A stretch of DNA of 64,000 nucleotides from Paragordius varius (Eukaryota; Animalia; Nematomorpha): NCBI GenBank assembly GCA_964247055.1, contig OZ176050.1, forward strand, positions 11,904,001-11,968,000, read 5' to 3'. Each line of letters starts with the position of its first letter. Within the stretch, counting starts at the first letter, position 1. Below, piece after piece: positions 11,502 through 23,089 of this stretch. Made by a program: the position numbers and the translations under genes. The notes beneath the pieces are model-generated. The model worked only from the letters and a program-made list of their open reading frames with translations. It did not search any database and was not told the origin of the DNA.

Positions 11502-14500
11502 ACCACGATTGATTTTTTCCTATCTCGGTATTATTCAACTTTAGTTATACAGCTACAATCACTAAAAAGTTTTTTCTTATAATTGACATGAAAAAGCATT
11601 AATTTTTTGCCAAATAGAATATCGATTGATTGTTAATTTATATGCATACTTATAGTGAATTAACTAATCTATTTATTAATATTAACCTAAACAAAGGCAC
11701 TTAAATCTCATCTATTTATTAAATGTTTCAACCAACTAGCTTATAAAACTTTTTAATAAAATGGAATTTGTTTTTTTGCTTTTGAAGCATAAATTATTTC
11801 TGTCTCAATATTTAATTTTAGTAACAAATGATTGTGATGCATAGAATTACCACATTTTATATATTTGCAATTTTCCCCAAAATTATGAATATTGATATTA
11901 TTATAAATATTTACAACCAAATTATCCTTTTTATCGTTATTATTCTGTACAAACGCTATTTTATTTTTTTTCTTCCACCATCACTACAACATCTCTCTAA
12001 TCTATCTATCACAATAAATTAATTTTATACATTTATTCATTATATTTTAGCATAATAAAAGATAATTTATTAAAGAATTTTTAATATCGGTAGTTCTTGG
12101 TCAAATTTTCGGATTAGTATAAAAGTTAGTGTCTAATAGTATTGGAATGCACTTTTGTAATTAATATGTGGTTTGAACTATACTGCTCTACTCTTTATTT
12201 CCTTTCTTTCCATATCGAGTTACAAGTTCGTAAAGCTAGTATTATGTATTGCCTTATCATTAAAATTATCAAACATCATTTATCGATTGATTGATTAATA
12301 TCAATCAATATATTATATTGTATGCTTGTTTATTGTGAGTAAATTATACTGAAGCTTTTTAGTTCAAAAACATACTTACGCTTATGTGATAATAAATTGG
12401 ACTTAATATTAATACAAGATATTGTTTGGCCGTATTGCATGTGAAAATAATTATTAATTTTTTATTTTCAATTAAAAGATATTAATGATTTTTTTTACTT
12501 TCATCGTATAAATCGAACGCAAATTTATTCCATCATAATTGGCACACATTTAACTTTAACGGCTGTTTTATGTATTAAATTTGCAAAACTTCCAATTAGC
12601 TATACTTATTCGGTCGGCACAATACAAATAATATCTAAAATTGACAATCAACGGAATTACCCTATTTTTATGTTTTACATAATAAAATTTTAAATTCTTT
12701 ATTTATGAGAGTTTATTAGGATATTAAATATATATATATATATATATATATATTATTTTTGTGAAGTTAAATAGCAATCATATGTGCCCGTATTCAAATT
12801 TTATGTGATTTTCTTAATTTTAATAGATAGAGATAATGTTTAAATACGTTTTTGAATAACACACAAAGGAAAAAAACTAAAGTCCAGTTCAAGCCCTTTA
12901 ATGAAAGTAAAAATGCGTCTAAGATAAAATAAATATTGAGAGAACTAACGATAAGGTAAATGTTGTTTTGTCTCGCATAAAAACATGTTAGATGTAAGGG
13001 ACTAAAACCGTTTAGGTTTCAGCTGTCTCTGATAACGACACATGTTTTAATAGAAAATGGTTTCGGGTCGAAATAAAAAGTTCTCCCATTTTTTTAGTCA
13101 TCTTGATTTATATAGATTCCTTTTAAAAATAAATTAAAGGTAAATATTATTTTGCAATTACATTCAAAAAATATACGCTTTTACAAGGTGAATTAATTGG
13201 AAATTTAAATATGATAGTTTTTACGAGCGATGATTTTCCGGTGCAAATTTTTTGTTAAAAGGGTAAAAGGAGTAAATGATGAAAGTTCCGATTCCCGACT
13301 TAGAAAAAATACTTTTTCTAAAGGGCTCAATAATAAAAAACCATCCCTACTGAATATTATCCAGTCATAATTTTTAAAAAATGGTATTTTAAGCAATATT
13401 ACTGACCCGGCACAATTTTACACAGAGTTAATTATACAATTAAAAATCAACTTAGTAATTCTTCTAACAAATTAGGGTGTCTAGAAAAAAAATAGACAAG
13501 AATGATTAAATGTGAGCAGAATTTATTAAGAAAGGTACTCCTTATTTGGCCTAAAAAGTAATTTTGTTATGTATAAATTTGTATTAGGGCTGTAATCTCA
13601 TGACATTTTAATCAGTCTACAATTAATAATCGAGGTTACGTTTCAGAAGAAACTTGAATCGTTAAAATTTTTAGGAAGTGGCTTACGGCTTATATTACTT
13701 ATATCGGTTTAATATTCAATGACCCTTTAGAAGTTAAACCGAATTTAAGCCGTTCCAACCACACTATTATGGATTTTTAGATTATAGTAATGGATACAAT
13801 TATTTTAGCTTATATTATACCATTTTATGTGAAGATGTTTCGAAACAGATGATGCTGAAATTTTATTACCGAAAATGATATATGCCAAAAACAAATTTAA
13901 AATTAGTTATGAGTTAAATCCCAGACACATACAATTAATATTTAGGGTAAAATTAAAATGTTTAAAGGTTTTGAGTGTTTAAGGGTTATTTTAAAATAGT
14001 AGGGATTCGAAGTGTTCCATCGTAGTTTGAGATGTTAATGCTAAGACAAGTATTTAGGATTGATTTGTATTTATCAAAACAAAGGCGCTTTTCTTCTCAC
14101 TCATTATAAGAATCGAAAATTTGAATATCTGTATTACTTGAAACCATATATTGATTTGAAACATTAAATTTATATATTATAACAAATGGTATAATTTAGC
14201 ATGCGAACGTTTCTAAAAGTACATCTTATCCTATCAAATCGGTAAAATTATCGTCATTTTTTAATTGTGGCTTGTCAAGGATAAAAAAGAACCGGATTGG
14301 TTTTAAAAAATTTTATATACGATATGGTGATAAAGTTCCTTTATAGACAATCTTATATAAATTTTTTAACCCTTCTCTACTTTAATAGTTAGCTAAATAC
14401 AGTTTTCTAGTGCAACTTTTAATTTCTCCAAAAAACTTAATTTTTAAGGATATATTTATATGTCATGCAACAAAAATGTCAGGCATTTTCCCTAACAATC

Positions 14501-15497
14501 GAGTCTGCGAAAAATGCAATTTTTGGGTTAATTAAAAGACTAAAATATTTTGACCTATATATTTACTTCCTGACAATAATTTTTATAAAGCTTTTTATCG
14601 TATAACTTGCGCATGGGAATATTTTTGTGTTTTTTGAATAACCTAACATATTAAATAAATTTAAACACTTATAAAAGAATTAAAAAACGTTTTTGAAATT
14701 GTTAGCGCCTGACAAATCCTTAGTTTATTGGTGATTTTGGTATAAATTAAAAGAATTAATTTACATTTTATTATATCAGGTGTTTAGGTCGTGGCTGATG
14801 GTTTTTTCTCAATATTGATATGGTCTGCATCGTCCTAAATTTCCATAATATTGATAAAAACACCAATTTCGATACTAAAAAACTAATTATATTTTTTTTT
14901 GGCCTTTATGTTTCGATACTAAATCCAGATAAAAATGACAAAGTAATATATAAACTTTGTGCAAAAATAATTTATTAAAAAATATATATAATATCTTGAA
15001 CGCTATTTAAACTAATTTTACATGTGGAATACAAGGTATAAAATGAAGAAAATAATGTTTAAAATTGTATAAAAAATAGGTGTAAGGAAGTATTCATATA
15101 AAAATTAAGTTAAATGCTAAGGAATAAAATTGGAAGTTTGGTGAATAAGGCAGCCCTAGTTAGCTTGTTGTATATTAAAAATATATTTTAATTATATATA
15201 TATGTAAAATGCATAAAATTTTGCGATAATTAAAAATTTATAATATAATTTGATGTTGTATTAGACACAATAAAATCATTAAAAAATGGAATAACTTTTC
15301 AAATGCATAAATGGGTGTTTTTAATGCAATATAAAAAAAGGTAATACATTTTTCGGGTTTACTTACCTTATAAAGTATAGTTAACATGGAAAAAATGATG
15401 TGTAATAATCACAAAATAATTTATGTATAAAACGAGATTCATAGCAAGTAAAATATTGTTAAATATTCGAAGAAAATGAGATATGTTTTAATTTCGT

Positions 15498-18400
15498 TTA
15501 TACATTACAATCATCACCCATGAGGAGATCTAACGTACTATCTCCAGTACGGATTTCATTTAGCGATTTTTTAATCCTCAAACTGGTAAGACGGGCATTA
15601 GGATCAGCTCTCCAACTCTCTTGCATAATACGGACCAAAGCAATCAGAAACTATATATAAATAAATTATTTAAATGTTAAAAATATTTTACCAAAAGATT
15701 TAGTTAATATTCCTTCTTGTACAATGTATGCTAAAAAGAAAAATATTCAAGTATTATTTTAAATTTGGATATGAGAGTAAAATACTAAAATTAAAAATTT
15801 TTTTTGCGAAAGAATCATGGTTACAGATATATTGAAACTTCATACCCTAATTTTGATAGTTTTTTTATAAAAATCCATGTTTGAAATAATTAAATTATTT
15901 TTTTCAACTTTAAGGACAATGGTCATTTTATTACAGAGTATATCAAATTTAAAAACAATAACAATAATAGTTTCTTCTAAAAATCAATATATACCATTGG
16001 TTTAGTAATTTAAAGATGGAAATAAAAAAGCTTAAAATGAAAAACTTATTAAATGAATTCAATACCATGTTATATGGACAATTTAAAGGACCATCCTTTT
16101 TTAGTTTATGATATTTTTTTATAAATATTGAAAATGTTTTCTAAAGTTTTATGATAAAATTTTTTTATAATCATAAATTTGAGATATTCATTATACTTTG
16201 TCATTTATCCACCGTGACGGGATTTTAGGTCTCAATTTTCGGACACTCACGACTTGTCGCATTTCTTCGAACGAAGGATCCGGTTGAACCAAATCATAAA
16301 ATGGAATATTATATTCTTCGGCCTTACCTAAAGGTAAAAACAAAATAATTTTAAAAAATTTGGTATCGGAAGAAACCAATAAAAATGTATTATAACACTG
16401 TGTGCAAAAAAATTTTTAACGAAAAATTTTTTTTTTCATTAGATAGCTTATGACTAGCGTATTCATTTGCCACAAAAACTTTTATTTGTTGACAACCTAG
16501 TTTTTGAAATATTGAGAAAAAATTGAAATCTGGCAAAAAGTGAAAATTAAGGATAATTCAAAAAATAATGATAAAATCTTAAATATTATCGTTTATTATC
16601 ATTTTAAGAGATATTTGCAATATAAAAATAGCCTAAAATCATATAGTTAGGGTTTCTATAAAATTTCAGGTCAAAAAATGGCGTTTTTCATTTATCACAC
16701 TTAAAAGACAAAAAAATTTAATGAAACTATATTAAAATAATTTTTTTTAATTATTTACTACCTAAACTCACTATTTAAGTCTTAACATTCATATTTTATT
16801 CAGGAAAATAAACTTCTATATCAAAATAAAACCAAAAATATTGTTTTTAATTTTTGCATTTTTTTGTCATCTAGTTAATATATACTGTTTTATTTTAGAT
16901 TCTTAAATGAATTGGAATTATTAACTATTTAGTTTATGCAATATAGGATTGAAAATTAGTGGAATATCAGCCAACAATCCGTACAAATCCCAATACAAAT
17001 ATAATTTGTCATAAAAAAGACTTGTTAGAGGAAATTGTAAGGATTGTTGGTTAATATTCCACTACTTTTAAATCTTATATTGCATAAATTATATACTTTA
17101 TAATGCCTAATCATGTAAGAATCCAAAATAAAACAATATAAATTTTTTATATACTTATAAACCAGATGACAAAAAATGCAAAAAAACAATATTTTTGGTT
17201 TTATTTTGATTTAGAAGTTTATTTCACTGAATAAAATATGAATGTTAAGATTTTAATAGTGAGTTAAGGTAATAAATAATTAAAAAATATTATTTTAATA
17301 TAGTTTCATTAAATTTTTTTTTAAGTGTGATAAAAGAAAAACGCCATCTTTTGACCTGAAATTTTATAAAAACCCTAACTATATGATTTTAGGCTATTTT
17401 TATATTGCAAATATCTCCTAAAATGATAAAAAACGATAATATTTCAGATTTTATCATTATTTTTTGAATTATCTTTAATTTTCACTTTTTGCCCGATTTC
17501 GATTTTTTCTCAATATTTCAAAAACTAGGTTGTCAACAAATAAAAATTTTTGTGGCAAATGAATACGCTTGTCATAAGCTATCTTGAAAAATTTTTTTCG
17601 TTAAATCAAAATGAGCCTCTTTTTTGCACAGTGTAATATATCAAGCTTTTATATATTAAATACAAATATAAAAAACAATATAAAACAGATAAATGATGCG
17701 ATTTTTTGAATCAAGCCAATATTATTTCGATACATAAATATATTTATAGTACCTAATAAATATTAAATATAAAATAGAATATAGATGGAAGATATCATGT
17801 ACGCTACCCACAAAAAGATATGAAATTTTTTTCTCCAAAGGTTAGAGCCAAATATATTTATAGTCAGTAAGCAAACACACATCGTTCTTGACCATAAAAT
17901 ACTTGAATATTTTTTTCACTGAAACACCATTATTTTAAAATAATGAATTGCCAAGTAAAAAAAGATATTATATATACCATTCGTCACACATCTTTGGCAA
18001 ATTTCCCAAACAATCAGGGCAAAAGCATAGATATCACAAAATTTATAACTATCAAAACTGTGGGAATTAAAGGTTTCATCGAGCACTTCAGGGGCCATAT
18101 AACGCTTCGTTCCACACCTGGGGTTAGCTGGGACATCAATTTGATTCGTTTCACTAGAGTAGAAGGGTGCGGAATGGGAAAAACATATTATAATATACTA
18201 ACATAAATTAAAAGTTATATAGTTTTTTTAAGAATAAAACATTTGAGCGTTTTTTAAGAGGTTTAAAAATGAGTTTATATATAATTTTTACTATAGTGCT
18301 AAAATTAATTAAAACTTAAAGCTAAAACTTAATAAAAATATGGAAACAAGTGACTAGTGAATTAGACCGCCTCCATATTATCAACCCTCATAATATCTGT

Positions 18401-21400
18401 AAAAAAAACCTCGCATAAATATAATTATGTTAAACATATTTAATTTTTAATAAATTAAGAAACCGCTAAAGAATACAATTATCTTCCCAAACTTTACAAT
18501 TTGTGGAAATTTAAAAAAAATTACATATAAGATTTAATAGATATATATTAAAAAAATTAATAATTAAATTTGAAAATGTAAGATATGATTTTGAATATCA
18601 TGATGCAGATAATATATTATTTAATTTTAAAATAATATAAACCTGATAAATCTTACAGCTAAACCCAAATCAGCGATGCACGCGGTCCCATCATTTTTAA
18701 CCAAAATATTTTTGGTTTTCATATCTCGATGTGCTATGGCCGGTTTACCTTACATATTTATAAAAATATTTTTTAGTGTTTAACTAAAAATATTTATATT
18801 GAAGTGGTTTTGATATTTTAACACAAAAATAATTTAAATATTTGACTAGTATAAAACAAGTTTGAGATAAAACTTTACATATTTTTTTGGAAAAAGTTAA
18901 GGGTTTTCATAATTATTGTGTTTTTAAAAATAAATAAATAACCCCCCAAATATGATTAATTTATATTAATTTTAAAAAATGACAGTGATAAAAATATCAA
19001 TTTCTCCAAAAGTTTAGTATTAATGCCAAAATTGTGATATTTATATCTCTCTTAAAAATAAATAGCAATTCAAGCGAATACCTTGAGTACCCAATATTTC
19101 AGTATGTAAATGACACAGGCCCGATATAATACTTTTGATGAGTTTAAATGTGCCACTAAAATCTAACAGGGCATGTTTCAAATAATCATGCAGTGAGCCT
19201 AATGGGTGATAATCCGTTATAAGAAAGAGTTGAGTGTAAGATCCCGTCCCTTGTATATCGGCCGCTATGTAGCCTGTAAGAAAAATTTAAATTGAACATA
19301 TTATTTATATTAAATATGATTTAAATTATTTATATAAGATATGTCTAAGATTATTGGTAGACTAGAGAAAAAAAATATTTTTGCTTGAAAATCCGCAAAT
19401 AAAAAGTCAAATGTGAGAATAAGTCGGAATGCCTACAAGTGTTACACCATTTTTCAGTCAAAAGCAACACTTTTTTAAGCTTTGATTGAAAAAATGCTGC
19501 GTTTGGTTGGAAAAGTGTCGTTCTTGACTGAAAAATGGTAAACTTTATTAATGAATAAAAATTAACTTAAAACACCGATATTTTATCTTTCATTCAAAAA
19601 TACAAATAAATAAACAAAGACACACCTACAAATATGCCAGATAAAAAAGATTTGAATGCATATATAAATAAAAACAATAATGTTTTTAAAATCACTCTAA
19701 ACCTAAAATATTTTGATGTCTCATAAGAGTGGTTTGATAAATTTCAGTTTCCCTGAACCAACTTGCCTCCTCGGTTGTAAAGAAAGTTTTAACAGCAACT
19801 GATTCACCACGCCATTTCCCGAGCCAAACTTCACCATATCGACCTTTGCCTACCACTTTAATCAATGCAATTTGTTTGGCAATTGTTCTTTGCACCTATT
19901 TTAAAGAGTAATTAATTATGTTAATATAATATAAATAAATTGAATTCTCGTAAAAATGACAGTAAAAATTGAAATTATACAGACAAAAGGTAAAAACCAA
20001 CTAAAAAACTAATATTTTTTTTCAAAAGATATACATATAATTTAAATCATATTAAAATAAATCATCGTTTTAAATTGGAAAATAAGGAATATAGCAAATT
20101 GTCCGCCCATTTATTTATATATTTCGAATAGCTGTGATTATATAGTTTGAAAAATATAGGTTTAGATGTAGAATTTCAAAAATATTTGTCTTTTAATTAA
20201 GTTTTGTCTGTATAAATCAAATTATTAATTTAAAGCTAAACTACTCCAAAAATTTTAGATACATCATAGTACTTTTTTAATTTTAAAATAGAAGAATGAT
20301 AATTAAAATAATTAGGAGTTTTTTCAAAAATCTTTTAAATTTTATCATAATGTGTCATATAGAATTTAATCTATTTAAATAAAAAACGTATATTATAACA
20401 AAACTAAAGTGTATTATAATAATTTGCAATTTTAAACAGCTTAATTAAAACTATTGTAATTCAATAAAAATTAGGCGATTTCTCAAATGTCCAAACTAAT
20501 TTTTTTTAAAGTAAACATACCAATAAAGGTAAACCCGAACCACTTCCAGAACTTTGTTCGATTAATTCTTTGAGGAGACTTTTGTTGTTTGAAAGCGCCA
20601 AGCCAGGATTCATAATATGTTTGCTGTGACTATTTGAGTGTTTACTACTTCCTTTAGTTTTACCTGGATATCAGAGAACAGAAATATTTGGAAATATCAA
20701 AAAATTAGAATACAATTAAAATTTATCAGCATCCGCTAAAATGCTTGATGTTAATATCAATGTTTGTAAAACATAATTAGGGTTAACATTAACTTTTTTT
20801 AAGTTATATAATATAAATTATTTTTGAAAACAAAAACAAGATTATGGGAAATTTAGATATAACATAATAATCATTACTTATATGGCGTTATTAAAACTGG
20901 TTAGTTATAAAAAATTAATGGTAATAACGTGTATAACTGAAAAAATAACCTTAAAATTTATAAAAAAGGAAAATACACATACAAATCTATGCGATCAACC
21001 TTGGCCATGCTAGTTTTTGAACTTTAATTCCTTCAACGCTTACTTAAAAAAAGGTTAAACAAAACCTCAAAATAAACAATCCTGTTCATAAAATTATTTA
21101 ATTGACTAACTTACCCATTGCATTAGCAGAATGTTTTTGCTTTTGCTTATTATGTTTGTACTCATTTTCATAGTTAAATTCATTTTCATCATTTTCGGCG
21201 TTAAGATTGGTGGATATGGTTTCAACTGTCGTAGTAGTAACTAACGTTGAAGGGGTTAAATTATTAAGTGAATTAGTATTTAACATACAGGAACCAACAC
21301 CATTCAAATTCAGGTCCCCAAAACAGCAAGAATTGTTTGAATCATTGATTGGTAAGGAAAATGTTTTACCCGAAAAGGATGGGCGTCTATTACGAGATGA

Positions 21401-22985
21401 TGATTTATTTTTATTCCTTTTTTTATTGGAGGAGTTGTTATGGTTATGATAAAGAGGATTACTGAAAGTGAACCAATCTTTGAGGTATCGCATACGCAAA
21501 TTGTTATTGCTATCTTTAAGTCTATGGCATGAGTAAAATAAATTAGGATTGTAAAATATGAAAGATTCCTTTCTTAAAAGTAGTTTTTATGAATTAATTA
21601 GCTCATATAGCCATGCAATTTTTGAATTATACAATGAGAGTTTGGTTTTTAAATTTTTAATGCTTTTTTGAAAAAGTAAAAACTGAGCGACTTAGTTAAT
21701 GAGCCCTGTTTGAAAAGCGGGTTAATATCGTAATATTATGTATTAGATAGAAAATACATATATATATATATATATATATATTAAATGATTAAAATATAGT
21801 TTAAAAAAAATATTTTTATATTTATTAAAATATTTACCTGAGATAAACAAACACTATAAGTGCAATGAGGGATACAAATCCAACACAACTCACAATAAGT
21901 ATGGCATAATTTGTGTAATTTGGTTCTAAAAAAAGTAAATAAATGGATTTTACAGTTATTTTTTTAATTTTTTAATGTAAACCAATTGTAATTTTCAGCT
22001 ATTGAAGGAAAAATATCAAATGTCCTTACGTTCATTATTATTATAACGTGTCTTATGCAATGACAAAAATCAATGTCAAACACTTTTATTTTGGTCATTA
22101 GTATATAATTAACACAAACGACATTAATTATGATTAATTACATAAATTTGCCGTAATAAGTCATAAATGTAAAATTATAATTGGACTAAAAAAGTTTACA
22201 ATACAAAATAAAATCTAAAAAATTATGGATAAAATATAATTTATTGAATATTTTTTTGTAAAAACACTAAAAAAATTATACCTTTGGCAGATTCTCGAAT
22301 ATGCCATTGATATGATGGTTTTATGTTTTGATTACACATATCGGTATGATCACAGCAAATTATGTTTTTGGGCAAATAATGGGGCACCAAATCACCCCGA
22401 CACTAAAATATTGTAAAAAAAGATATTTTTGGATTTATATTATTTAATATATCTTTGATGAGTCTTATAGAATATTACATGAATTTTCTATAATATGCCT
22501 CCTAAACCAATGGATTATAATAAATTGATTAAAGATAATGCAAAAAGTAATGAGCATTCTCTAAATTAATTGATAAACAACTTTTTGAATAATAGTTTCA
22601 ATGAGTAAAAAATTAATTTACCTGCATTAAACTTTTTTCATGGGGTGGTAAACATCCATACGAATAAATTTCTATATATTTTTGGGAATGATAATCAAAT
22701 TCAATCCTCACGGCTGCAAAACATTGGCTTTTGGGTTGGGAATAACAAGAATTGTTGTATCCTTGATGATTGTATTGAACATCGCCCGTTCTGTAATATT
22801 CGGGCGGACAATCGTCCCCACAAAAGCATCTTAAAGCATGGTTTAGGCGCGCTATATATATAAATGCCAATTTTAATTGACAAAACTTTTGTTGTCAAAA
22901 TGTTTAAAGTAAAAGATAATTAAAAAATCAATTAAATACCTAATGCTAATCCGAATAGTATTATAAATGCAGATAAAAACCGCAT
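15498..22985 (-). CDS. BMPR1: BMP type I receptor Ser/Thr kinase (BMPR1/ALK3-6/thickveins class), ~12 exons
   Basis: Signal peptide [16 protein letters not shown] (22985-22940). Activin-receptor ectodomain ending [11 protein letters not shown] exon ~21925-21839. GS box [20 protein letters not shown]. Kinase motifs [33 protein letters not shown]45 loop [13 protein letters not shown] is of the BMPR1/tkv type. Stop TAA at 15500-15498. Confidence 0.95.
16396..17633. mobile_element. 1.24-kb foldback element with ~600-bp inverted arms and Tc1-like CACTG..CAGTG-TA ends, in a BMPR1 intron
   Basis: Left cactgtgtgcaaaaa...ccaacaatccgtacaaat pairs with right attgtaaggattgttgg...tttttgcacagtg-ta. Loop is ~35 nt near 17000-17035. 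Confidence 0.88.
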
Positions 22986-23089
22986 CAAAATTACATTGTT
23001 ACCGTATGAATGAGTGATTTTTACTATAAAAAATATTCATATGTTGCTTCGTACAGGCATTAAAAGAACGAATCAGTGTGATACTTGTA
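22986..23089. promoter_or_regulatory. Putative bidirectional promoter / shared 5' region of BMPR1 and OS9
   Basis: Only 104 nt separate the two divergent ATGs. Initiator-like TCATTC on the minus strand (23013-23008) and TCAGT on the plus strand (23073-23077). Confidence 0.55.

Noticed and set aside
20975-21050. Exon-like segment [15 protein letters not shown] in a BMPR1 intron
   Set aside because: Phases do not match (1 to 2), so inclusion would frameshift; the flanking exons already join in frame.
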